From a virus (Duplodnaviria > Caudoviricetes), in the IMG/VR virus record IMGVR_UViG_3300043391_000311, positions 1 through 37,711 of that record: a stretch of DNA of 37,711 bases. One strand, given 5' to 3'. The notes beneath the pieces were generated by a model that saw nothing but the letters and a program-made list of their open reading frames with translations, had not been told where the DNA came from and searched no databases. Below are positions 1-8,437 of this stretch, piece after piece. Position 1 is the first letter of the stretch. Each line of letters opens with the position of its first letter. Position numbers and translations under genes: made by a program.

Positions 1-127
1 CACGAGTGAGAGGGTCGAGTTCCTTGATGGCGTCGAACGTCTCGCCTTTCTTCACTTGCCCCAGGTCGATGCGGGTTTTGATGTCGCGCCAAGCGTCGGA
101 GCTTTGGCCTGCCAAAATGTTCTTGGC
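1..127. repeat. 127-bp exact terminal direct repeat, left copy (circular-assembly overlap)
   Basis: 1-127 (CACGAGTGAG...GTTCTTGGC) is identical to 37585-37711, and an ORF reads in frame across the join. Confidence 0.95.
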
Positions 128-1003
128 TTGAACTTTCATCAATTCCCGGTCACCAATAGACACGAGCGAGAACTTGCCTGGATCATCAAGTTCTGTGAGC
201 GCTTTCTGCGGCTCTTGCAGGGACAATGCCTGGAACTCGTCTTTCTGCGCGTTGACGGCGTGCGTTGCGTCAATGCGGGCAAGTTGCGCGGCGCGGTCGA
301 TGTCTGAAAGATGCGGTGATTCTTGAACCATTGCCTTTGCGCTTTCGATGTCGCGCAGATCCAGCGCCGTTCCAACTTGCTTGCTCAGTTGATCGCGAGC
401 AACCGCTTTGGCTTTGCCGTCGAGTTCAAGTCGCAACGATTCACGTTCTTCGGGCGTCGTGTAATCGTCCGGCAGCAAAGAGAGCGCGGACTGGATTCCT
501 TGGAAATCACCCGAAGCCGCAGACTCGTTGGCGCGATTGACGACAGCTTGCTTTGCTCGCCCCACTGACTGCTTGAATGCTTCGCCCTGAATGGCAATGG
601 CATTGCTATCCGACCACCGCCCAAAGCTCGACGTGAGCCGAAGCCTTGCGCCATCGGTCAGCTTTAGGCCGTCCATTCGCTTTTGCATTTCGGTCTGGCG
701 CTTTTGCCACTCAGGTAGCCATTGGTCCTGATCCGTGGTCGTTTGCTGGAACTGCTGAAACTCCATCGCATGCCGACGCATGTCGCCCTCGGCCTCGATG
801 AGTTGGCGCGTGTCGTTTGCTTCCGCTGTCTTCTTCGCCATAACCTGGAACGCCTCCGACGCCTGCCCAAGAGCTTTCGCCCATTGCTCACCCTGGCGCG
901 GAATGGGAGTCTCGCCGATAGGCAGGTTTTGCGCCAGCGGAACACGAGCGCCTTGGGGGGCAGCGGGTAAAGCGCCGCCGTTTTGGAGAGGGATTCGAGC
1001 CAT
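1..1003 (-). CDS. Internal virion (ejection) protein, 5' part; continues across the circular junction into 37711-36803 (about 594 aa in total)
   Basis: Manual translation from ATG 1003 (MARIPLQNGGALPAAPQGARV...) is open to the window edge and runs into AGQSSDAWRDIK of the 36803-37699 ORF; lies between the small internal virion gene and the giant gene; missing from the ORF track. Confidence 0.8.
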   Translation of the reverse strand, partial: MARIPLQNGGALPAAPQGARVPLAQNLPIGETPIPRQGEQWAKALGQASEAFQVMAKKTAEANDTRQLIEAEGDMRRHAMEFQQFQQTTTDQDQWLPEWQKRQTEMQKRMDGLKLTDGARLRLTSSFGRWSDSNAIAIQGEAFKQSVGRAKQAVVNRANESAASGDFQGIQSALSLLPDDYTTPEERESLRLELDGKAKAVARDQLSKQVGTALDLRDIESAKAMVQESPHLSDIDRAAQLARIDATHAVNAQKDEFQALSLQEPQKALTELDDPGKFSLVSIGDRELMKVQAKNILAGQSSDAWRDIKTRIDLGQVKKGETFDAIKELDPLTR

Positions 1004-1007
1004 GTTG

Positions 1008-1601
1008 TTATTTCTTTGTGCCGCCAGCTGGCGCGGCGCTTGATGCTCTTGGCGCGGCGCTTGATGCTCTTGGTGCGCCGCTGTAGGCACTCATCGCAGT
1101 CGAAGCCGCAGAAAGTAATGTTGCCCCCAGACTTGGACCTTGTTGTTTTTGCATCAGTGCATTGTTCACGTTCACTTGTCCTAGAGCCAAAGCATTTTCA
1201 CGCTCATAGGCAAAGTTGCGCATGGTGACATCACGCTGATAAGCGGCATCGTTGAGTTCTTGCTGTTGCTGAACAGCGGTATTTGCTAGAATTTCCAACG
1301 GCGTGCCGGTGATTTGAATGCCCTGGCCGCTCATGGAAGCAAGCTGTGCAGAGCGAACGCGTTGCTGATCCAGCGCCATGCGGCGGCGAGCTTCCGCCGT
1401 TTCGTTCGCTGTTTGCGCAGCCTGCGCGTCAATCTGCTTTTGTTGTCCGATGGCATTCAGCCGCGCTTGTTCCGCTGCCTGTTGCGCGTTGCGGTTGGCA
1501 ATTTTGGTTTGCTGCTGTGCAGTGGCATAGCTCGCATAAGTGGCACCAGCCGATGCAAGGGCAGAAACGATTGCTACAATAGTAGATGCTTCAAGTCCCA
1601 T
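1008..1601 (-). CDS. Small internal virion protein (T7 gp14-like position)
   Basis: 197 aa; hydrophobic Ala-rich N-terminus, Gln/Ala coiled coil, QLASMSGQGIQITGTPLEIL motif typical of podovirus core proteins; synteny. Confidence 0.7.
   Translation of the reverse strand: MGLEASTIVAIVSALASAGATYASYATAQQQTKIANRNAQQAAEQARLNAIGQQKQIDAQAAQTANETAEARRRMALDQQRVRSAQLASMSGQGIQITGTPLEILANTAVQQQQELNDAAYQRDVTMRNFAYERENALALGQVNVNNALMQKQQGPSLGATLLSAASTAMSAYSGAPRASSAAPRASSAAPAGGTKK
1029..1077. repeat. 21-bp tandem repeat (about 2.3 copies) encoding (APRASSA)n
   Basis: TGGCGCGGCGCTTGATGCTCT twice plus a partial third copy. Confidence 0.85.
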
Positions 1602-1606
1602 GATGT

Positions 1607-2014
1607 TTAGAAAGGATACATGCAGTTGATGTGATGGCTATTTGCGACAAGACCTCCCGTTTTTTTGATGAACGGAATCATGTCGGGATTCGCTGAAATT
1701 TTGAATGCTTTTACCTGCCGCCCGCCAGCCTTGGCGATTTCTCCGGCAAGGTGGCGAAAAGAGCCGATGATCAATGACCAACATTCGATGGCGATCTTCT
1801 TGGTGAAACGCGGCGAAGCATAAACGTGATCGATCTCCATGAGCGCCGTGTCGAGGATGGTAGCTGCCCAGGCGCACAGCATAGGAACGTCATCATCTAA
1901 CGCCAACACGCCGAGGGGCGAGAGGGAATCATCGTCCAACACGCAGCCACGCCGCTTCGCCCACGTCCGCAGGAGCGGCATGTCGTCGGAGGTGATGAAG
2001 CGCACGGTAATCAT
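1607..2014 (-). CDS. Putative GNAT-fold virion-module protein (T7 gp13-like position)
   Basis: 135 aa, MITVRFITSDDMPLL start typical of GNAT folds; between nozzle and internal virion genes; ATGA overlap. Confidence 0.5.
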   Translation of the reverse strand: MITVRFITSDDMPLLRTWAKRRGCVLDDDSLSPLGVLALDDDVPMLCAWAATILDTALMEIDHVYASPRFTKKIAIECWSLIIGSFRHLAGEIAKAGGRQVKAFKISANPDMIPFIKKTGGLVANSHHINCMYPF

Positions 2015-5000
2015 GAGCCGGAAATCTCTGCTTTGAGCACGAAGCCCAGGAGGTTAAAAGGTGTCGGATCGGAATGCTTGAAGGTCAATTCAATGGCGTC
2101 TTTCCATTCGGGCGTGATGTGCTCTTCTAGCCTCCCGGTAAATGGAATGATTGGCCCGGCAATGCCGCCATTACCGCCACCTGTCACCTGACAGGTTTGA
2201 GCCACTGTGTAATCGGCCAAACTGCCGGACAATTCGGCCAGAAGCCCGGTTGCCGTGGTAGTAATGCGGACCGTATTCCCGACCACGGAGCGGAAAAATC
2301 CACTTGGCAAAACAGCCGCCAATGCCGTTGAAAGCGCGGCAGCGTATGCGGCAGCGTTTGCTAGGCTGGTTGTGTTTATCCAATTCGCCCCGCCTCCAGG
2401 ATCAGTGGCAGCCATGTCCCAGCCTAAAGAAGTCGTGTCGCCCTCAGTGTCTTTGAGCGTGAGACTGACAACGATGTTTTCACCAGCGACAGCGCCAGTG
2501 AAATCGACAATGAACGCAGCCGGAGACGTTCCAGGCTCAGGCGGGGTCTGTGAAAACTCAGGATAGCTTATCGCGTCGCCGGTCAAAGCCGGATCGTTGC
2601 CGATGGTGCCGCCGATGGACTCGTGAAGCAAGAGTTGCAATCGTTGCGCGTTGAACCTGCGTCCCTGTGCGGTGCCGTCTCGTAACACTTGCTCGATTGG
2701 TTCTGGCTGCAAAACTGAAACAATGGGAAGGCCGACAAAGAGCGATGTCGCAGAAGGATAATCAAGCGTGATGCTGCCGCCAGAAACCGCGTGAGTTTCG
2801 GTCGTCTTGCCATCTACTCGCGCCGTGACGGTTTTGCCCGCAAGATAGGATAAGCCAGTGACGGCAGTTCCAGCCAAAGTAATTTTCTTGGCACAATCAA
2901 GATAACAAAAATCCGTTGGCGATGAAAAGTCAAACTTCTGAGCAGTCGGGTAAAACCGTTCAATGTAGCGTTTCGTGACACCGTTGATGGTGCGCTTCAC
3001 TACCGTCCACACGCAGTCAGCGTCATTCTCCCCGCGAACTGTAGCTACAGCTTCAAACTCACCGCCGCTCGTTGTGCGACGGAACCATGCCGCAATCTGA
3101 CTTTCGCGATTGTAACTAAATCCCAAAAGTGTTCCGTTTGCCAGCACGCACCAAAGAACCGGGTCAGGCTCGTTTTGGAATACCATGTCCACGATTCCGC
3201 TCGTGCTGATATGCTCAGCACGAAGCGTCATGTCAGGTGATTTGTAGTCATCGGTTGAGAAGACATAAGCGAACTCGAACACTTTGCGCCCCGTGAGTGA
3301 TGCCCAAAGCAACGAGTCGCGAGTCTGAACTGCGCCAATGGATTTTGAGCCGGAACGGTTGCGCTGGATAGCTTGAATATTCGTCGGCTTCAGGACTTCT
3401 GATCCATCGCCAGCGCCTTGGATCGTCCATTCTTCGCCGTCGGTGCCAACCACCACTCCTTGCCGGAATGAAGCGATCCAGCGAACAGCATTTGATTCGC
3501 TAGAGTTTAGCGTGACGTCCATTCCATCACTGTCTTTGTCGCCAACGGCAAAGTTAAAAAGATCATCAACACATGAAGCGCGGACTTTGTTTGGCTCTTT
3601 AGCTGTCCCACCAAGCCATAGCCGCAAATTATGAATACCAATCGCAGAAGGGTATCCGTTGGAAGACGAAAAGCTTTGCTCGTAAAAAGTGGTTGCAGCA
3701 ACGCCAACGCAGTCAAGTGGGACCATGCCGCCACCTGGGAGGCGAGACACGAATTGGCCGCCGAGACCGACTGATTCCAACGGAATTTTCACCGTTGCAT
3801 CATTCGGCTCTATCTTGACTTTGGCGTCTGTCCTTGACGTGGTGATATTTGCACCGAGTCGATACCAAGCGCCTTCAACCGGAGCCGAATGCTCATAAAG
3901 TATATTTCCAGCCGTCGCCGATGATGAAAGCCACTCGTTGATTTTATCCCAAGTCAATCCTCCGTCTAGGCTGTGGTAAAGATAAATGGTGCCGATGGGA
4001 GCAACTCCGCTTGCCCATTCGGTCGAAACGGTGAAGCTGCCTTGATGGAACCTGCCTGGAGTAGGCGTAAGAACGCCTGTTGAAGAAAGCGCAAGAGAAA
4101 CACTAGTCACAGTTCCCTCAATGACAAAAATGTCCCCCTTAATTAGAGATGAAGTAATTGTGCCGATTGAAGCTGACAAGCTATAGCCACCGCCGTCATT
4201 TTGCTGGGACGGCCTCCAATAAGTTTGCCATGTTGCACCAACCAACGGTTCTGAAGTTGCGCTTGATGTGTGTGCAAGAATGCAAGTATAAAGCATTTCT
4301 CGACTTATTCGCATGACCGGGTTTGTCGTCGTGCTTAAAGCGTATGACGTCCCTGTTGCCCATGCTGTGGCTATATCAACGCTACGCACCACCGTCACAG
4401 TTGGTCCCGTACTTGAAAGTGGGTGTTCTTTAAGCGGCGGAAAAGTAAAAGACAAATTGCCGACCATAAACGAATAAGCCGGTTGTGTCGAATTTGCGTC
4501 TGACCATGCTATCCCATCAATAAATGGATTCGTCGATGTGGTCGAAACAGACTCAATAATTAGCGGTGGGCGATTGCCTTGCGTAATAATGACTGAGCGA
4601 CCGATTTGCTTCCATTGAAGTGTTGCCAACTCCGCCTCGGTGTAGGCGTTCGGCCATTCAATCAATGGCACAACATAATCTGTCATGTCCGACAAATTAA
4701 AAAACGTCACCGCAGGAAGCTCGTAGAAATTTTGAATCACACCAGCGAATGCGCCCGAGGCGTAATAGTGATCCGTGATGCAAACATAGTTTATGCCAAG
4801 ATTCTTCACCACCTTACCACGAACATAGCTCACGCCAGAAGTCCATGTCGGGACGGTATAACCAGACCGGATGCGGAGCCGAGCCGGAGTTCCTTCTTTG
4901 AAAAAACGAATGTAACCCGCGCCGACCTCAAGGACATAGTTCTCAGTGCGTGAAATCTTGAGAGGAACAAGACGCACCTTTTTTGTCGAGTCCTTTACCT

Positions 5001-5172
5001 CGCCCAGGTATTGCGTGCCGGGCACCTTGAACGCTCCACCGTAAGGGCGAACCATGAAGTTTTCCATCTGCACGCAGCCGGAACGGTAGCCGTCGAAGTC
5101 CACGCGGCCATTCATCAGCGGCGTGAGTTCGCCACCGTTGAAGTTGACGTTTAGATGGTGAAATTCAGGCAT
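2011..5172 (-). CDS. Tail tubular protein B / nozzle (T7 gp12-like) with inserted carbohydrate-binding-like modules
   Basis: 1053 aa; NFNGGELTPLMNGRVD...NFMVRPYGG start, GYPSAIGIHNLRLWLGG, DMTLRAEHI, QIAAWFR, VKRTINGVTKRYIE motifs. Confidence 0.9.
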   Translation of the reverse strand: MPEFHHLNVNFNGGELTPLMNGRVDFDGYRSGCVQMENFMVRPYGGAFKVPGTQYLGEVKDSTKKVRLVPLKISRTENYVLEVGAGYIRFFKEGTPARLRIRSGYTVPTWTSGVSYVRGKVVKNLGINYVCITDHYYASGAFAGVIQNFYELPAVTFFNLSDMTDYVVPLIEWPNAYTEAELATLQWKQIGRSVIITQGNRPPLIIESVSTTSTNPFIDGIAWSDANSTQPAYSFMVGNLSFTFPPLKEHPLSSTGPTVTVVRSVDIATAWATGTSYALSTTTNPVMRISREMLYTCILAHTSSATSEPLVGATWQTYWRPSQQNDGGGYSLSASIGTITSSLIKGDIFVIEGTVTSVSLALSSTGVLTPTPGRFHQGSFTVSTEWASGVAPIGTIYLYHSLDGGLTWDKINEWLSSSATAGNILYEHSAPVEGAWYRLGANITTSRTDAKVKIEPNDATVKIPLESVGLGGQFVSRLPGGGMVPLDCVGVAATTFYEQSFSSSNGYPSAIGIHNLRLWLGGTAKEPNKVRASCVDDLFNFAVGDKDSDGMDVTLNSSESNAVRWIASFRQGVVVGTDGEEWTIQGAGDGSEVLKPTNIQAIQRNRSGSKSIGAVQTRDSLLWASLTGRKVFEFAYVFSTDDYKSPDMTLRAEHISTSGIVDMVFQNEPDPVLWCVLANGTLLGFSYNRESQIAAWFRRTTSGGEFEAVATVRGENDADCVWTVVKRTINGVTKRYIERFYPTAQKFDFSSPTDFCYLDCAKKITLAGTAVTGLSYLAGKTVTARVDGKTTETHAVSGGSITLDYPSATSLFVGLPIVSVLQPEPIEQVLRDGTAQGRRFNAQRLQLLLHESIGGTIGNDPALTGDAISYPEFSQTPPEPGTSPAAFIVDFTGAVAGENIVVSLTLKDTEGDTTSLGWDMAATDPGGGANWINTTSLANAAAYAAALSTALAAVLPSGFFRSVVGNTVRITTTATGLLAELSGSLADYTVAQTCQVTGGGNGGIAGPIIPFTGRLEEHITPEWKDAIELTFKHSDPTPFNLLGFVLKAEISGS

Positions 5173-5175
5173 GGC

Positions 5176-6009
5176 TTATTGTGTGGAGATGAAGCCGCGA
5201 CGTGAGCGAACGAGCGCGGAGTCGTAGGACGGTGGAAGAGCGCGGCCTTTGCCTTGGCGTGAATCTTTTTGCTGAGCCGCTGGTCCGATCAGGCGCTCGA
5301 ACTGCCCTCGGAGTTCTGCGGCTCTTCCAGCCGGGCCGGTCAATTCCTGCGCAATGTAGGACGCCAGCACCAGGGCAAAGGCATTGACAAACTCCTGCGG
5401 CCAGTTGGCGGTGGTGGTTTCTTGGAAAACGTAGGAAAGCAGGATCTCGTCAGCGTCGCACAATATCTTCGATCCTTCGACCGCGTAGCGCTGTGAATCT
5501 TCCTCGTTGCCTTCCAGCCCGTTGACTTTGTTCACGCGAAGACAGTCCGCAGGCTTAGTATGCTGGTAGTCCCAGCCAAACAAAGGTGCCAGAATCCATT
5601 CGCCCGTGCCGCTTGTGTGAGCGCCGCTAAAGACGGATCCTTGCAGGTCGAAAGTGTTGGCGTTGATGACCGTCACATACCATGAACCGTTAGCCGCAGG
5701 TGCACCGGTTACTTTGCGGATGTGAACGCGGTTGCCAGTCGTCAGGCCGTGAGACGTGGCCGTGACGCGGATCTCGTCACTTGCCCCAGCGTCAGCCAGC
5801 GCCACGCCTGACAGCGCCGTCCAAGTCAGCGTCAAACGCGCACGCTTAGCAGCAAAGTTCCACGGGTGCGAAGCCAGCGCCTCGTCGCGTGCCGCATCGA
5901 ACCACTTGCGGCAGACTCGCGCCTGCTGCGTGGCATCGGTGTCGAGGTTTGTCATCTCCTTGGCAGAGATGAGCGACAGCGCAAGATTGGCGATTTCAGT
6001 TTCAGTCAT
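5176..6009 (-). CDS. Tail tubular protein A / head-tail adaptor (T7 gp11-like) with an inserted beta domain
   Basis: ETEIANLALSLI, RDEALASHPWNFAAKR, PADCLRV, F..AFALVLASYIA motifs. Confidence 0.88.
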   Translation of the reverse strand: MTETEIANLALSLISAKEMTNLDTDATQQARVCRKWFDAARDEALASHPWNFAAKRARLTLTWTALSGVALADAGASDEIRVTATSHGLTTGNRVHIRKVTGAPAANGSWYVTVINANTFDLQGSVFSGAHTSGTGEWILAPLFGWDYQHTKPADCLRVNKVNGLEGNEEDSQRYAVEGSKILCDADEILLSYVFQETTTANWPQEFVNAFALVLASYIAQELTGPAGRAAELRGQFERLIGPAAQQKDSRQGKGRALPPSYDSALVRSRRGFISTQ

Positions 6010-6024
6010 GGCGTTTCAAAATGA

Positions 6025-6059
6025 AGCCCTCGCCGCCCACATGAAAGACGACGAGGGCT
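6025..6059 (-). terminator. Stem-loop, probable intrinsic terminator after the capsid-associated gene
   Basis: minus strand AGCCCTCGTCGTC-loop-GGCGGCGAGGGCT followed by TCATTTT. Confidence 0.55.
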
Positions 6060-6086
6060 AAGGACTCCACCAACCACGAGGAGATT

Positions 6087-6566
6087 TTAAGCGAGGTCGT
6101 AAGTGATCGTCCAGACCTGCGTGTGAGAGATCGCCACGGTGGCCGTCGTCCAAGTGGCGACAATCCAAGCGTCTTGATCCAAGTTTGCTGGGGCCAGAAT
6201 GCCGGCGCCAACGGTGCCAGCTTCGGTGAAGTTCTTGCGACCAGCGGCAGAGCCGAGGGCAAGACCAGAACCGAAAACGTCATCATCAATCGCAACCGGA
6301 GTTGCGGCGACAGTGAACGTCCCGATTTTACCCGTGAGGGCGTCGCCAGGGTCACCGTAGTCCACAGAGCAGAGTTGCGGAATCAAACGCGCACCTTTTG
6401 GCAGGCGAGCGATGAACAGCGGATCAGCCGTTGCGGCGGTGTAGCCAGTCATGCGGACCTGAAGTGTTTTCAGGTTGCCGCCGTAAAGCTTGACGTTTGG
6501 AGCCTGCGAGATGTCAGAGACAGCCGAAGCTTGGAGAGTTGCGAAGTCAGTGAATACGTTAGCCAT
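6087..6566 (-). CDS. Capsid-associated/decoration protein (BPP-1 Bbp16-like position)
   Basis: 159 aa beta-rich protein with IARLPKGARL motif, directly after the major capsid gene. Confidence 0.6.
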   Translation of the reverse strand: MANVFTDFATLQASAVSDISQAPNVKLYGGNLKTLQVRMTGYTAATADPLFIARLPKGARLIPQLCSVDYGDPGDALTGKIGTFTVAATPVAIDDDVFGSGLALGSAAGRKNFTEAGTVGAGILAPANLDQDAWIVATWTTATVAISHTQVWTITYDLA

Positions 6567-6599
6567 AATCGTGAAGAGTAGAGTTTGAGAAAGGGAAGA

Positions 6600-6625
6600 G
6601 AGCGGGAGCCTTTCGACTCCCGCTC
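6600..6625 (-). terminator. GAAA-tetraloop hairpin after the major capsid gene (terminator or attenuator)
   Basis: minus strand GAGCGGGAGTC-GAAA-GGCTCCCGCTC followed by the pyrimidine tract TCTTCCCTTTCT. Confidence 0.65.
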
Positions 6626-6634
6626 AAGATTGGG

Positions 6635-7528
6635 TTACGGGCTTTCGTCCGCGTAGATGCGAACGACCTTTTCGTTTTCGGTGCGAACAGCACCGCAGCG
6701 ATAGACGCCACGGATTTGTTTGCAGTGGCGACGGCTTGGCAGCATGTCCATGTGGGTGTTGCGGCCACCTTCGGCGAACTTGATGCCGGACTTGTGCCAC
6801 GCGAAGCAGGTGCGGACATCGGTCGAAGTGTTCCGAGTCAGCAGTTCGGTGCGAACGAACTTGAAGCCAAGGAAGCGGTCGATCTTGCCGTCCACGAGAG
6901 CTTTCACGCTCGCGTAGTCTTCGGAGGTCATTTTGTCCACCAGCAGCATGTCTTGAAGCTGCTGTGAAGAGTGGGCAAAATAACGGTCGCCGTCATCGAC
7001 TTCCTGCTCGTCCAAGAGCTTCTTGGCGCGGCTGATCTTCGCCAGTGTCAGGCCGCTGTTAGCGGTCGAACCAGAGGCGACGTAATCAGCAGCGATGGAC
7101 ATTCCGCCAGAGAACGAGTTAGAGGTCGTGCCGTTCTCGCCGATGTAGCGAGTGCCATCGAATGCCTGGATGATGACGCGGTCTTTGGTGCGGTTAGAGG
7201 CCGCAGCCATAGAAGCCACTTCATCAGAGTCAGGCAAGGCGATGGTGCCAAGCTGGATTTCATCATCTTCATCAAAGACAATGACCTTCTCGAACTTGCG
7301 TCGGAAGATCCAGTAGCTATCGCCGGTCGAATCGCCGTCTGGCGTGTCGCCCTTGCGTTCGGTGACTTCGGACATTTCGCCTTCGTCGAGTTGGTTGAAC
7401 TTGCGGCGTTTGCCGGTGATGGTCGTCGGCGTCACGGCGGCGCCGAGACGGGAGTCCATCTGTTGTGCGAGCATTTCCCAGTTTTTGGAATACTCGGTTT
7501 CAAAGTATGTTGGCAGTTGATCGGGCAT
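6635..7528 (-). CDS. Major capsid protein (BPP-1 Bbp17-like)
   Basis: LAQQMDSRL, AAASNRTKDRVII, GLTLAKI..AKKLL, TSEDYASVKALVDGKIDRFLGFKF, GAVRTENEKVV motifs. Confidence 0.92.
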   Translation of the reverse strand: MPDQLPTYFETEYSKNWEMLAQQMDSRLGAAVTPTTITGKRRKFNQLDEGEMSEVTERKGDTPDGDSTGDSYWIFRRKFEKVIVFDEDDEIQLGTIALPDSDEVASMAAASNRTKDRVIIQAFDGTRYIGENGTTSNSFSGGMSIAADYVASGSTANSGLTLAKISRAKKLLDEQEVDDGDRYFAHSSQQLQDMLLVDKMTSEDYASVKALVDGKIDRFLGFKFVRTELLTRNTSTDVRTCFAWHKSGIKFAEGGRNTHMDMLPSRRHCKQIRGVYRCGAVRTENEKVVRIYADESP

Positions 7529-7569
7529 AGCGATAAAAGAGATTTAGATTTTGCGAGAATGGCTTTTCC

Positions 7570-7670
7570 GAGTCGTGGATTTGCCGGGTGTTACCCTCTC
7601 GCGGGTGTCTCTTTCGAGGCCGCTGCTTGGCTCTCGCGGGTATCCCTGGCAACAGGGGCCGCTTTGACTC
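7570..7670 (-). ncRNA. Putative structured 5' leader of the capsid gene with two tandem hairpin units
   Basis: units at 7596-7624 and 7631-7663 share AGCGGCC-[hairpin]-GAYACCCGCGAGAG on the minus strand; GAGTC/GACTC could close the element. Confidence 0.5.
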
Positions 7671-7715
7671 TGTGGTGAAGGGGCGGAACTCTTTGCCGAA
7701 TGTCAAACAAGAAAT

Positions 7716-8288
7716 TTACTCTGCCTTAAATCCACACACGGCACGAAGCGATTGCATGGGAAATGCCGGGCCAGGATCGACCTTCCGGCTTGGTGCAATG
7801 TCATCATGACCGACGACGTCGTCGAGCTTGTAGCGTGCAACGAGCGCTTTGGCCACTTCTTCGCAGGCGTTGAGTTGCGCGATGGGATAGGCTTCCCACT
7901 TCTTGAGTGTGCCACCGTTTTTGTGGCGGGCCTCGACCGGCGGGAACTGTGACCAGCGCTTCGTCAGACGCTCGTCATCGCCAGCGTTGGCTAGCTCGAT
8001 GCCGATGGAGCACGAGTTCAGATTGCTGAACTGTTGCCAGCGCGAGACTCCCGCATGCCCGCAGGTGACGTTGAACGGGCGGCACTGGTAAACGGTGCCG
8101 TTGCGGTCGATGACGATGTGAGCGGAGGCACCTTTAGCCGCTGGCGTGCGCCAAAACTCAATCGAGCTTTCGGCTGTCGCTCCACTCGTGAAATGAATCA
8201 CAAGGAAGCGACGAACGGGCATGGCTGCACCCCCAGGAATTGGTCGGCGTAAAGCTCCTTCGAGCCAATGGTCGGCGCTGATTTTCAT
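7716..8288 (-). CDS. Endolysin, N-acetylmuramoyl-L-alanine amidase (Amidase_2 family)
   Basis: LVIHFT, ASAHIVIDRNG..YQ, GHAG, NSCSIGIEL, VGHDDIAPSRKVDPGPAFP motifs. Confidence 0.93.
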   Translation of the reverse strand: MKISADHWLEGALRRPIPGGAAMPVRRFLVIHFTSGATAESSIEFWRTPAAKGASAHIVIDRNGTVYQCRPFNVTCGHAGVSRWQQFSNLNSCSIGIELANAGDDERLTKRWSQFPPVEARHKNGGTLKKWEAYPIAQLNACEEVAKALVARYKLDDVVGHDDIAPSRKVDPGPAFPMQSLRAVCGFKAE

Positions 8289-8437
8289 CTGCGCTTCACG
8301 CGAGGTTGAGTTCCGTTGCGCTTGTGAGCTTCGGCGAGCTTGCGGTCCACCCAGCGGTCAAACCTATGCATGACAAACATGACGAACAGCAAAAGGCACG
8401 CGCCGACGAATGTCCAAGCTAGCGTTTGCGCAATCAT
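8285..8437 (-). CDS. Small single-TM membrane protein (possible holin or lysis accessory)
   Basis: 50 aa from ATG 8437 (ATGA overlaps at both ends): MIAQTLAWTFVGACLLLFVMFVM then a basic tail. Confidence 0.55.
   Translation of the reverse strand: MIAQTLAWTFVGACLLLFVMFVMHRFDRWVDRKLAEAHKRNGTQPRVKRR

Noticed and set aside
1-127. Biological terminal repeat (T7-style DTR)
   Set aside because: It falls mid-gene and 127 is a common assembler k-mer length, so it is most likely a circular-assembly overlap
1029-1077. 21-bp tandem repeat as a regulatory or CRISPR-like element
   Set aside because: In-frame low-complexity duplication in a protein tail with no spacers
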